This document shows, piece by piece, positions 19,791 to 29,527 of a stretch of 64,000 nt of DNA. A program made the position numbers and the translations under genes. Position 1 is the stretch's first letter. Every line of letters starts with the position of its first letter. The notes beneath the pieces are model-generated. The model was not told the origin of the DNA. It saw only the letters and a program-made list of their open reading frames with translations, and ran no database searches. The stretch is from an uncultured Actinomycetota bacterium (lineage in GTDB: Bacteria; Actinomycetota; Actinomycetes; Actinomycetales; Dermatophilaceae): contig CAWJTD010000001.1 in NCBI GenBank assembly GCA_963845815.1, positions 845,738 through 909,737 on the forward strand, read 5' to 3'.

Positions 19791-22700
19791 CCCGTCACCT
19801 CGAGCCGGACGGTCTCGGCGTACTGGGAGCGGCCGAACCACATGATCTTGGGCATCAGCCAGGAGTGCCCGGCGGCGGTGTCCGCCGGAGGACGAACGAT
19901 AATCGCCAGCTCGGTGGACGTCGCCGCGGGTACGGTGATGGTGCGGATCGCCTCGTCGATCCAGTCCCAGGTACCCCAGGGCGAAGCCACCTGGAGCTCA
20001 CCGCGGATCTCGCTGAGCGTGTGGTTGGTGACCGTGGCGGTGAGCGTGCTCGCCTGACCGGGGGACAGGGTCAGGGCCGTGCTGGACAGCCGCACCTCCA
20101 GCCCGGTGGGTCGGGCCGAGTCCGACTCCAGCGCACCCAGCTGGACGTTGCGATCGAGGTCCCCGACCGTGGGCAGGCCGAAGCCGACGGTCTCGGTGAG
20201 GGCCGTGGAGTCCCCGACGAACACCGTGGTGACGTCCTCGACGACGGTCACCGCGTCGCCGCCGGCCAGCTCCATGGTTGCCGGGGTGACCTGCGCGGCG
20301 ACGGCGTACTGGCCAACCGGCGCGGTGTCCGGGACCTCGACCCAGGACCGGTACCGGGCATACCCCTGAGGACCCAGCCGGGCCGAGAAGCGGGACGTGG
20401 ACGCGGACCACTGCGGGGGCAGCACCAGCTCAGCGGTGACGTCCACCTCCGCGTCCGAGTATTGGCTCGCGACCACCAGGGTGACCTCGAAACGACCGCC
20501 GGTGCTGCACCGTGCCAGGGCAGGCTCGACCGAGACGGTCACCGGCAGGTAGCCCATCGGCGCCGGCCCGCGGTTGTGCAGCCAATACCGGCTGAAGGTC
20601 GGCTGGGCCGCCTCGCGATCGACCCCCAGCACAGCGGTGGCCGAGCCGTGCTGCGGCGCCTCGTCGACGTCGAGGACCAGGGTCTCGATGGCGCTGCCGT
20701 CGAGGTCGACCTCGACGGCGCCGTCGGTCACCGGCACTGCCGCGCCACGGACCTCGAGCAGGTCGCCGCGTGCCGCGGCGGTGACTGTCGTCGTGGGCAG
20801 GGCCACGCGGGCGGTGCGCTCCCGACCGGTGGACTCGATCAGCCGCAGGGTCACCCCGCGACGCGGATCAGCCGCGACCGAGGAACCCTCGGCGACCGGG
20901 TTACCGGACGCCTTGAGGGTCGACACCAGCACGTCCCGGGACGGCTCCACGGTGAGCAAGGAGTGCGTCCGGGGGAGGTCCCCGGCAGACCCGGCATCCT
21001 CGACTCCGAGCAGCGGGGTGGAGAACTCCTGACCGCGCGCGGGCAGGGTCGCCTCGCGCCAGTCACCCCCCGTGCTGACCAGCGCGTACCGGAACTCATG
21101 GGTCCAGTGCTGGAGCTGGAAGGCGGATCCGTCCGGGGCGGTGCGTCGGGGTGGGTCGATCCAGATGCCGGAGGGCCACCCGGTGCAGGAACGCATCAGG
21201 GACAGGTTGAGTCCGCCCTGGGGGTCGACGGCGAATCCGGGCAGCCCATAGGTGAGCAGGGCGACGGTGCCGTCCTGGTACGGCTCCAGGGCCCGCTGCC
21301 CGGCGACGACCGCCGTGACCCGGAAGTCCCGAAGCTGGCTGACCGCGGAGGCGACGTCCCGGATGACGAGGGTCGGCAGGTCGTCCAGGTCGCGCACGTC
21401 GGCGTTCGGCACCCATACCTGGGTCAGCGGCTTCACGGCCGGCACCATCACGGCTGGCCCATCAGGGAGCTGGCCCACCCGGCGGACGAGCTCGTCCACC
21501 AGGGCATGAGGTCGGTCGGCGACGAGGATCCGGACGTCGGGGAGGTTCGAGTCGGTGTCCAGACGGCCGTAGCGGGCCCCGGACGCCGTGGAGGTGGTGG
21601 CCGTGACCCCGATCCGGGCCAGGGCGACAACGAGGGCCCGGGCGCTCGCGGGGTCGGCGTCGTCGGACATGACGATCTCCGCCACGGCCATCGCCCGGGT
21701 CCCGAGCGCGGCGCCGGAGCCGTCCACGAGGTCCACTCGTGCGGTCGTCCCCACGCCGAACCAGGTGTTCGCGGGATTGTCCAGGGTCCACGGTGCCGTG
21801 GCGGTGTCCGCGTCGATCAGGCCGAAGCCACGTCCGATGACCGCGCCGGCGACCTCGCTCACCGGGAGGGAGCCGGGGAGGTCAACGGGGAACCGCACCC
21901 GGACGAGACGGTCGGACTGCTCGTGGTCGAGGATCCTGGTGGTGAAGTCGACCCGGTCGAGGCCGTCGACGAGGGTGACCACCTGCTCGTAGTCGATGCC
22001 GTCGACTCGGCCGCGGGAGACCAGGCGTCGGCCGATGGCACTCTGCTGGACGGTGACCTCGGCGGCGGAGTCGGCGGCGGAGGCCATCGTCCCGGTGGGC
22101 AGCAGGTGCCAGGGGCCCTCGCCGAAGGTGGGGTGGTCGGCGTACTCCTCGTGGACCCGCAGGTCGTTCCCCGGGCCGGTCAGCAGCTCGGTGTCACGTC
22201 GCTTGTCGTGGACGCTGCTCAGGGTGCCGCCGCGGGCCGGGTCCGCGGTCACCCGGAAGTCCTCGTTCTCGATGGTCGGTTCCCCGGCGAGGTCGTGCCA
22301 TCCGTCGGGACCGGCGCCGGGGACGAGGCGGTAGCTGCGCCAGCCCATCGAGGGGACGTCGCGGGCGACGAACCGGATGACCCCGGGCGCCTCCTGGACC
22401 GACGCCACCGGGACGCCGCCGTCATCGATGACCTGCACCGGCTCGCGCGTCTCCAGCTCGACCCGCACCACGTCGGTCCGGGTGAAGGCCAGCGTGTTGA
22501 GGACCACCAGTGCCGATCCCTCTCCGGTGGTGTCCACCCGGGAGACCAGGGCTGCGGCGGCGGCGTCGCGGGCCGAGGCGGACAGGTCGAAGGCCTCGCG
22601 CCACCCGGTGAGCAGGTCGATGTAGACCTGGTCCGACTCCGAACCGGTGATGGCGTCGTGGTGCGCCCCATAGGCCAGCTGCCGCCAGACCTTGTCCAGG

Positions 22701-24076
22701 GCGGCCTCGGGGTAGCGACCCTCGCCGAGCAGGCAGGCAAAGGTCGACAGGCGCTCGGCGTCCACTGCCGCCATCTCCGCGGCACGCTGGCCCTGCTTGG
22801 TGTCGATGTAGGAGACGTCCTTGCCCGTGTAGACCGGGTTCATGTCGCGCGACTGCGGGGACGGCGTGCGGCCGTCCTGCTGCATCTCGTCGCGAACCCG
22901 GTCCATGAACATCTTCGTGGTGCCGCAGATGAACTTCGGCCAGACGTAGGCCGCCTCCCACCACCGGTGCACCTCGGTCACCCAGTTGTTCGGTGGGCAG
23001 TAGTCCCCACCCACCGGCAACAGGGTGTTCCGGGTCGACGCGGCCGGCTTGAGCACCTCGAAGAGCTGGCAGGCGATGTCGGCTGCGGCCTCCACGCTCG
23101 GCGCGTGCTGCATCTCCCAACCGGGGCCGTAGTGGTCCGGCATGTAGTGCGTCAGCACACCGTCCCCACTCGGTGAGATCCACTCGAACTCGCTGTCGAA
23201 CTGCATGACCCCGATGTCGCCCTCGCGCTGCTGGTTCCAGTGCTGACGCAACGGTCCCCACTGGTGGTGTGGCCCCCGGGCCCAGGCGCTGCCGGTCATC
23301 CCCGCCTTGGCCACGAGACCGGGGAACTGCGGGTCGTGACCGAAGACGTCGAGCTGCCACGCCGTGCGCGGGTCCCCGCCGAGGATGTCCCGCTGGTAGC
23401 CCATGCCGTAGACGATGTTGCGGATCGTCGTCTCACTACCGGTGAGGTTGGTGTTCGGTTCGTTGTAGGTGCCACCGATCAACTCGACCCTGCCTTCGGC
23501 AAGCAGCCGTCGCAGCACGGCACGCTGCTCCGGAAAGGTGTCGAAGTACGGCTTGAGGTAGTCGAGCTCGGCCAGCACGAAGTGGTAGTCGGGGTCGCGG
23601 ACGGCGAGCTTGAGGTGAGCCTCCACCAGGGCGAACGCGTTGTGCAGGAAGGCCGGGCGGGTCGACCAGTCCGCGCCGAGCAGCTCCCAGTTCGTCGTGT
23701 AGGACGCCTGGGTGTTCCACCACACCGGGTCGTAGTGGAAGTGCGACACCATCACCATGGTCCAGCCGGGTTCCGCCACGGTCACCTCAGCAGTCGTGCT
23801 CGCCGGGTGTCCGGCCGCGTCGGTCACGGTCACCTCGACCGGCAGGGTCGTCCCCGGCCGGGCGCCGGCGGGCAGCAGGAGCGGGACCTCCGCCCGGACC
23901 AGGCCGTCTCCGGACTCGAGCGCCGTCGACCCGGTGACGCCGTCGCCGGACACGACGATCTCCACCCGCCCGTCCGGCATACCGCGTTCCAGGGTGACGT
24001 GCAGGACCTGCCGCGGCTCGTCCTCGGTCCCGACGAAACGTTCGGTGGACGTCACGGAAGCAATGCGGACGGACAC
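19787..24076 (-). CDS. GH38 alpha-mannosidase with C-terminal NEW3-like domains (Rv0648-like)
   Basis: VSHFHYDPVWW, WQLDVFGH nucleophile region, HHDAITG; 1429 aa. Confidence 0.92.
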   Translation of the reverse strand: MSVRIASVTSTERFVGTEDEPRQVLHVTLERGMPDGRVEIVVSGDGVTGSTALESGDGLVRAEVPLLLPAGARPGTTLPVEVTVTDAAGHPASTTAEVTVAEPGWTMVMVSHFHYDPVWWNTQASYTTNWELLGADWSTRPAFLHNAFALVEAHLKLAVRDPDYHFVLAELDYLKPYFDTFPEQRAVLRRLLAEGRVELIGGTYNEPNTNLTGSETTIRNIVYGMGYQRDILGGDPRTAWQLDVFGHDPQFPGLVAKAGMTGSAWARGPHHQWGPLRQHWNQQREGDIGVMQFDSEFEWISPSGDGVLTHYMPDHYGPGWEMQHAPSVEAAADIACQLFEVLKPAASTRNTLLPVGGDYCPPNNWVTEVHRWWEAAYVWPKFICGTTKMFMDRVRDEMQQDGRTPSPQSRDMNPVYTGKDVSYIDTKQGQRAAEMAAVDAERLSTFACLLGEGRYPEAALDKVWRQLAYGAHHDAITGSESDQVYIDLLTGWREAFDLSASARDAAAAALVSRVDTTGEGSALVVLNTLAFTRTDVVRVELETREPVQVIDDGGVPVASVQEAPGVIRFVARDVPSMGWRSYRLVPGAGPDGWHDLAGEPTIENEDFRVTADPARGGTLSSVHDKRRDTELLTGPGNDLRVHEEYADHPTFGEGPWHLLPTGTMASAADSAAEVTVQQSAIGRRLVSRGRVDGIDYEQVVTLVDGLDRVDFTTRILDHEQSDRLVRVRFPVDLPGSLPVSEVAGAVIGRGFGLIDADTATAPWTLDNPANTWFGVGTTARVDLVDGSGAALGTRAMAVAEIVMSDDADPASARALVVALARIGVTATTSTASGARYGRLDTDSNLPDVRILVADRPHALVDELVRRVGQLPDGPAVMVPAVKPLTQVWVPNADVRDLDDLPTLVIRDVASAVSQLRDFRVTAVVAGQRALEPYQDGTVALLTYGLPGFAVDPQGGLNLSLMRSCTGWPSGIWIDPPRRTAPDGSAFQLQHWTHEFRYALVSTGGDWREATLPARGQEFSTPLLGVEDAGSAGDLPRTHSLLTVEPSRDVLVSTLKASGNPVAEGSSVAADPRRGVTLRLIESTGRERTARVALPTTTVTAAARGDLLEVRGAAVPVTDGAVEVDLDGSAIETLVLDVDEAPQHGSATAVLGVDREAAQPTFSRYWLHNRGPAPMGYLPVTVSVEPALARCSTGGRFEVTLVVASQYSDAEVDVTAELVLPPQWSASTSRFSARLGPQGYARYRSWVEVPDTAPVGQYAVAAQVTPATMELAGGDAVTVVEDVTTVFVGDSTALTETVGFGLPTVGDLDRNVQLGALESDSARPTGLEVRLSSTALTLSPGQASTLTATVTNHTLSEIRGELQVASPWGTWDWIDEAIRTITVPAATSTELAIIVRPPADTAAGHSWLMPKIMWFGRSQYAETVRLEVTG

Positions 24077-24245
24077 GAGGGCACTCCTGGAGGCAGATGG
24101 GTTGTCGCGGTCGGCGGCGCGACAACTCTTCCCGAGTTCGGCCGGCCCCGCTAGGGCTGTGTCAGGACATTCTCACATCTGGTCCAGGCCCTGGTCTGTG
24201 GGAGGGGCATACTTCCGGGATGGACCCCGCACCTCGCCCTGGCAT

Positions 24246-24935
24246 GTGACCGTGGAACCCGCTGTCGTGATGGTCCCCGGGCTCGGGCTCGACGCGCGCG
24301 CCTGGGAACGGGTCACCCGGGCCCTGTCGCCGGTTCGGTCCCACGTGGTCCTGCTGCCCTCGCTGGGTCGGCGCCCGGCCCGCGGTCGGCGCCTCGACGT
24401 ACCGGCCCAGGCCACGAGGCTTCTGAACGAGCTGGACCGGCTCGCCTGTGGACCGACCCTGCTGGTCGGACACTCGGCCAGCTCTCCGGTCGTCGTCGAG
24501 GCGGCGACCCGGACCGCCGCGGTCCTGGGGCTGGTGCTCCTCGGGCCGGTCACCGACCCGCGGGCTGCGACGTGGCCACGAATGCTGGGTCAGTGGGCGC
24601 GGACCGCCGTGCACGAACGGCTCTGGGAGGGGCCAGAACTCGTGCCTCAGTACGCGCGGACCGGGGTCGTGGGCATGATCCGCGGGATGAACGACGTCCG
24701 CCCCTTCCGCACGGACCAGGCCCTGCGGACCCTGGCGACGCCGACGGTCGTGATCCGTGGGGAGTACGACCGGATCGCCGCGTCGGCCTGGATGGACGAC
24801 CTCGCCGGGGCCGGAGCCCGCGTGGTCACGGTCCCGGGGGCAGCGCACATGCTTCCGCTCACGCACCCTCAATCGGTGGTGAGCGCCGTCCGTGAGCTCA
24901 TCTGCGACCTGGATCCCGATCTGAGACCGGGCTGA
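24246..24935 (+). CDS. Alpha/beta hydrolase
   Basis: VPGLGLDARAW, VGHSAS nucleophile elbow, GEYD, GAAH. Confidence 0.8.
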   Translation: MTVEPAVVMVPGLGLDARAWERVTRALSPVRSHVVLLPSLGRRPARGRRLDVPAQATRLLNELDRLACGPTLLVGHSASSPVVVEAATRTAAVLGLVLLGPVTDPRAATWPRMLGQWARTAVHERLWEGPELVPQYARTGVVGMIRGMNDVRPFRTDQALRTLATPTVVIRGEYDRIAASAWMDDLAGAGARVVTVPGAAHMLPLTHPQSVVSAVRELICDLDPDLRPG

Positions 24936-25779
24936 CCCCTTCCGAGGTGGCGTGGGTCACCCGGGTGGCTTCGGAGCCAGCCAGGACCAGGGCGCCTGCC
25001 AGAGCGAGCGCGAACCCGGCGACGCCGGCCAGCTCCCAGCCGGCCCGGGGGCTGTCGCCCAGCAGGATCACCCCGATGGCCGCGCCGGACAACGTCTCCA
25101 GACCCACCAACGCCGCCGTCGCACTCGTCACGGAACTGCGTTGCAGGGCTGCGGCGTAGACGATCAGCCCGAGCAGGGCTGCCCCGGCCAGGGCCCACAT
25201 CGCCGGGTCGGCGAGCAGGCCGAGCAGGACGCCGCGCGGTCGGGTGCGTGCGGCCACGCCGACCAGCCCGAAGCTGAGCCCGGCGACGCAGGCCAGCGCC
25301 ACCCCCGCGCGCGGCCCGTGGCCCCGCTCGATGACGCGGGCGAGCAGCGCCAGGACGACGAGCGCCAGCAGCAGGCCCCACTTCCCGGGAGCGGACAGGG
25401 AGGTGGCCGGACCGCCCTCGCCCGCCGACACGACGAGGAGAAGCCCCACCGCCATCGCCCCCAGGGCCAGGACGTCCCACCTGCCGATCCGTACCCCCAG
25501 CAAGGGCCAGGCGAGCAGCGCCGTGACCGCGAGGCTGCAGGCCCGGGCCACCGCCACGACGAACACCGGCAGCTCCTGAAGGGCCATCACCGAGAGCAGG
25601 AAACCCGCTGCCACCAGGGCCAGCCCGGCCAGGTACGTGCCCGAACGGGCCAGCCGCACGGCCATTCGCGGCCCGAGCCGGTCAGCGGTCTCCGGCGAGC
25701 CGACCGCGCGGGCCTGGAGGATGGCGGCGACGCCAGAGCAGATCGCGGCACCGAGCGCGGCGAGGAGGGCGTACGTCAC
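24898..25779 (-). CDS. DMT-superfamily integral membrane protein
   Basis: About 9-10 hydrophobic helices; LQELPVFVV; ALVGLET..GAAIGV.LLGD. Confidence 0.7.
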   Translation of the reverse strand: MTYALLAALGAAICSGVAAILQARAVGSPETADRLGPRMAVRLARSGTYLAGLALVAAGFLLSVMALQELPVFVVAVARACSLAVTALLAWPLLGVRIGRWDVLALGAMAVGLLLVVSAGEGGPATSLSAPGKWGLLLALVVLALLARVIERGHGPRAGVALACVAGLSFGLVGVAARTRPRGVLLGLLADPAMWALAGAALLGLIVYAAALQRSSVTSATAALVGLETLSGAAIGVILLGDSPRAGWELAGVAGFALALAGALVLAGSEATRVTHATSEGVSPVSDRDPGRR

Positions 25780-25835
25780 AACAGTCGGCTCCTGACGGTC
25801 CCGTCGGTGCGGCGGCGTGGCCTACAGTACATCTG

Positions 25836-27134
25836 GTGACTCCGCCGCTCGATCGACTCGCGCCGCGAGCGCGCGTCTCCTCCCACGGCAGCGGTCTGAC
25901 CACGCCCGCGCTCGAGGCGCCGGCGACGGCTCGGGTCGCCCTGCGTCCGGTGGTCCTGATCTTCCTGGCGATGACCGTCGCGGCGACGGTGCTGGTCAAT
26001 GTCGGCGCCCGCTTGGTCGACTATCCACCGTCCCTTCCGCTGTGGGACTGGCTCGAGCCGTGGGTGCGGTATGACTCCGGCTGGTACCAGGCGATCGCCG
26101 TCGACGGCTACTACTACCGGGAGGGTGTCCAGTCCCCGGTTGCCTTCTTCCCGACCTATCCGCTGCTGATGCGCGCAGGCGGGGCGGTGATCGGCGTCTA
26201 CCTGAGCGGCGTGATCCTGACGATCCTGGCCGGGTTGACATCCGTTCTGCTGTTCACCCGCTGGGCCTCGGCAAGGATGTCGCGTCGGGCGACGGTCACG
26301 GCCCTGGCGCTGCTGCTCGTCTATCCCTACTCGTTGTACCTGTACGGCGCGGTCTACGCCGACGCACTCTTCCTGGCCTGCGCGCTCGGAGCCTTCGTCC
26401 TGCTCGAGCGCGGCCATCCGTGGCTCGCCGGTCTCGTCGGCGCGCTGGCCAGCGCCGGTCGGCCGGTCGGGGTCGCGCTGGTCATCGCGTTGGCCGTGCG
26501 CGCCGTCGAGCTGGCGTGGCGTCGGAACCAACCGGACCAGACGACGCCGACCTCGGCCCAGGCACCGGCGACGTGGCTCGCGCGAGTGCGGCGGGGACTG
26601 ACGACGGCCGTGCAGTCACTGCGGTACGTCCGTCTTTCCGACGCGGGCGTGCTGCTGGCCGGGACGGGCCTGGCCGCCTACATGGCCTACCAGTGGCTCA
26701 GCTTCGGCAACCCGATCGCCTTCGTGGCCACCGAGTCGTCGCCCGGCTGGGACCAGGGCAGCGGCCCCAGGGTCCTGTTCAAGGTCGCGTTCTTCGGGAC
26801 GATGCTGCACGGCAGCGCGCCGGAGATCGCCCGCCTGCTGGTGCCGGCCGTCCTGCTGCTCGGCACCGTGCTGCTCCTGCCGCGGATCGTGCGCCGATTC
26901 GGGTGGGGCTACGCGGTGTACACCGCAGTCGTCATCGCCATCCCGATCGTCGGCACGAAGGACTTCATGGGGTGTGGGCGATATCTTCTGGTGGCGTTCC
27001 CCGCGTTCGCCGCCGCCGGTCAGCTGCTGGGCGAAAAGTGCTCGCCCTGGGTCCGCACCGTCATCCTGTCCCTGTCCGCAACACTCCTGGCCGTCGCCGC
27101 GCTCGGCTACGGCCTGGGTTACGAGGTGTCATGA
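25836..27134 (+). CDS. GT-C membrane glycosyltransferase (PIG-V / mannosyltransferase-like)
   Basis: WVRYDSGWYQAIAVDGY, AFFPTYPLL, YADALFL, GRY; multi-TM. Confidence 0.8.
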   Translation: MTPPLDRLAPRARVSSHGSGLTTPALEAPATARVALRPVVLIFLAMTVAATVLVNVGARLVDYPPSLPLWDWLEPWVRYDSGWYQAIAVDGYYYREGVQSPVAFFPTYPLLMRAGGAVIGVYLSGVILTILAGLTSVLLFTRWASARMSRRATVTALALLLVYPYSLYLYGAVYADALFLACALGAFVLLERGHPWLAGLVGALASAGRPVGVALVIALAVRAVELAWRRNQPDQTTPTSAQAPATWLARVRRGLTTAVQSLRYVRLSDAGVLLAGTGLAAYMAYQWLSFGNPIAFVATESSPGWDQGSGPRVLFKVAFFGTMLHGSAPEIARLLVPAVLLLGTVLLLPRIVRRFGWGYAVYTAVVIAIPIVGTKDFMGCGRYLLVAFPAFAAAGQLLGEKCSPWVRTVILSLSATLLAVAALGYGLGYEVS

Positions 27135-27907
27135 GCAGCACCACCGGGGCCGCGCCCCTCGATCCACCGCCGCCGTTCAAACGGCTGAGCATCATCATCC
27201 CGATGTGGAACGAGGAGGAGTACATCCACCGATCCGTCCGCGTGTGCACCGAGGCGAGCGAACGGATCAAGGCGGCTGGTCTGGTCCTCGACCACGAGAT
27301 CGTCATCGTCAACGACGCCTCGACGGACAGCACTCCGCAGCTGGCCGACGCCCTCAGCGCCGCGGACCCGCGCATCGTGGTGGTCCACCATCCGGTCAAC
27401 CGCAAGCTCGGCGGCAGCGTGCGCACCGGCCTGGCGACGGCCACCGGTGACCTCGTGCTCTACACGGACGCCGACCTGCCGTTCGACATGCTCGAGCTGG
27501 ACCGCGCGGTGCGGATCATGCGGGCCTACGAGGCGGACATCGTCAGCGCGTACCGCCACGACAGGACGGGGGAGGGGCCACGGCGCGCGGTGTACTCCTG
27601 GGCCTACAACTGGTTGATCCAGCTGATGTTCGGGACCCGGCTGCGGGACATCAACTTCGCGTTCAAGCTGATGCGGCGCGAGGTCCTCGACGCCGCCGAC
27701 CTGCGCAGCGAGGGCTCGTTCGTCGACGCCGAGCTGCTGGTGCGGGCCCAGCGACTGGGCTTCTCCGTCGTCCAGATCGGGGTCGACTACTTCCCGCGCT
27801 CCCGGGGGGTCTCCACGCTGTCGTCACCGGCGGTCATCGGCGGGATCGTCCGGGAGATGCGCCAGCTGCGGGCCGAGCTGCACTCCCTCAAACCCCTGGA
27901 CCGATGA
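27131..27907 (+). CDS. GT2 polyprenol-phosphate glycosyltransferase
   Basis: SIIIPMWNEE, VNDASTDST, NRKLGGS, YTDADLPFD. Confidence 0.9.
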   Translation: MSSTTGAAPLDPPPPFKRLSIIIPMWNEEEYIHRSVRVCTEASERIKAAGLVLDHEIVIVNDASTDSTPQLADALSAADPRIVVVHHPVNRKLGGSVRTGLATATGDLVLYTDADLPFDMLELDRAVRIMRAYEADIVSAYRHDRTGEGPRRAVYSWAYNWLIQLMFGTRLRDINFAFKLMRREVLDAADLRSEGSFVDAELLVRAQRLGFSVVQIGVDYFPRSRGVSTLSSPAVIGGIVREMRQLRAELHSLKPLDR

Positions 27908-28752
27908 CCCGGCTGCTGGTGGTCAACGCCGACGACTTCGGTCTCACGGAGGGCGTGAACCGTGCCGTGCTCACCGCGCATCGCGAGGGCATCGTCACCT
28001 CCACCTCCGTGCTGGCGGTCGCACGGGCCTACCCGCACGCGGTCGAGCTCGCTCGTCGCTCACCGACCCTCGGAGTGGGCGTCCACCTGGCCGCCGTCGG
28101 AGAGGACCCGCCGCTGCTGTCGGCGGACGAGGTGCCCTCCCTGGTCGACCGGTCCGGCCACTTTCCGCTGTCGTACCGCACCGTGCTGCGTCGTGCGGCG
28201 GCGGGGCGGCTGGACGTCGAGGATGTCCGGAGGGAGTTCCGGGCGCAGATCGAACGCGTGCTGGGTGACGGACTGCCCGTCACGCACCTGGATACCCACC
28301 AGCACCTGCACCTGTGGCCGGGGGTTGCCCGGGTGGTGGTCGAGCTGGCCCAACACTTCGGCATCCCGGCCGTTCGACTGCCGCGCAGCCACAGCCGGGG
28401 ACCGGTCGGCGTCGGGGTCAACCTGCTCTCGACCCGCCTGGCCGGACGACTCGACGTCGCCGGCCTGCACCGGACGATGGACTTCGCCGGCCTCGACGAG
28501 GCGGGCGCCATGGACCAGGCCCTGCCCCGGGTGCTGAACCGGCTGGCGCTGCGCGGCGGGACCACGGTCGAGGTCAACGCGCATCCCGGGGAGGCGGACG
28601 ACCCCGACCTGGGCCGGTTCTCCTGGGGCTACCGTTGGGGGCACGAGCTGACGGCCCTGACCGACCCAGCCCTGCCGACCCTCGTCTCCGACGCCGGGTT
28701 CCGACTGGCCTCCTGGGCCGACCTCACCAGCCCGAAGGGGACACAGGCATGA
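27904..28752 (+). CDS. ChbG/HpnK (YdjC) family carbohydrate deacetylase
   Basis: [25 protein letters not shown]. Confidence 0.9.
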   Translation: MTRLLVVNADDFGLTEGVNRAVLTAHREGIVTSTSVLAVARAYPHAVELARRSPTLGVGVHLAAVGEDPPLLSADEVPSLVDRSGHFPLSYRTVLRRAAAGRLDVEDVRREFRAQIERVLGDGLPVTHLDTHQHLHLWPGVARVVVELAQHFGIPAVRLPRSHSRGPVGVGVNLLSTRLAGRLDVAGLHRTMDFAGLDEAGAMDQALPRVLNRLALRGGTTVEVNAHPGEADDPDLGRFSWGYRWGHELTALTDPALPTLVSDAGFRLASWADLTSPKGTQA

Positions 28753-29438
28753 CCAGCGCCAGCCGCCAGGCCATCTCGCTCTACGACGACCTCTCGCTGA
28801 CCACCCGCGCGCACGTCCGGGTGCGCTGGGTCAGCTGCCCCTTCCCGGAGGTTGCCGAGGCGATCCCGGCAGCGGGCAGGGTGCTCGAGGTCGGCTGCGG
28901 CCACGGGTTGTTCTCGAACTACCTCGCGCTGCAGTCCGCTCAACGCGAGGTCCACGGGGTGGATCTCGATGCGGCCAAGATCGCCGAAGCCCAGGCGACG
29001 GTGGCCGCGGCGGAGCGGCTCGGCGCCTCGGTGTCGTTCAGCACGGCGGCCTCGGGTGCGGTCCCCGCCGGCCCGTGGGACGCGATCACCATCGTGGACG
29101 TGCTGTATCTCCTCCCGCCGCAGGAGCAGCGGGCACTGATCGCCGAATGCATCGGCCAGCTCGCTCCGGGCGGGGTCCTCGCGCTCAAGGAGGTCGGCCC
29201 CGAGCCGCGCTGGAAGTACCGCTGGAACCTCACCCAGGAGACGCTCGCGGTCAAGGTCCTCAACATCACCGAGGGGCACCGGCTGTCGTTCCTCTCGCCC
29301 GACCAGCTGGCCGAGGTGATGCGCGAGGGCGGCCTCGAGGTCACCGCCAACCACCGGGTCGACCGGCACCGGCCGCACCCCCACCACCTGGTCGCGGGTC
29401 GGGCGCCTGGCGTCGCGGGTTCAGCCGACCCGCGGTAG
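28749..29438 (+). CDS. Class I SAM-dependent methyltransferase
   Basis: [25 protein letters not shown]. Confidence 0.88.
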   Translation: MTSASRQAISLYDDLSLTTRAHVRVRWVSCPFPEVAEAIPAAGRVLEVGCGHGLFSNYLALQSAQREVHGVDLDAAKIAEAQATVAAAERLGASVSFSTAASGAVPAGPWDAITIVDVLYLLPPQEQRALIAECIGQLAPGGVLALKEVGPEPRWKYRWNLTQETLAVKVLNITEGHRLSFLSPDQLAEVMREGGLEVTANHRVDRHRPHPHHLVAGRAPGVAGSADPR

Positions 29439-29452
29439 TCCGCCACGAGCGG

Positions 29453-29488
29453 CCGGTCCCCGCCCGCGGCCCGCCCCGCGGGGACCGG
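29453..29488 (+). terminator. GC-rich hairpin after the glycosylation operon
   Basis: CCGGTCCCCGC (29453-29463) pairs with GCGGGGACCGG (29478-29488), 15 nt after the stop. Confidence 0.55.
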
Positions 29489-29527
29489 GCTGCTCTCACC
29501 GGGCGATGTCCCGCCGCGCGTGTCAGC

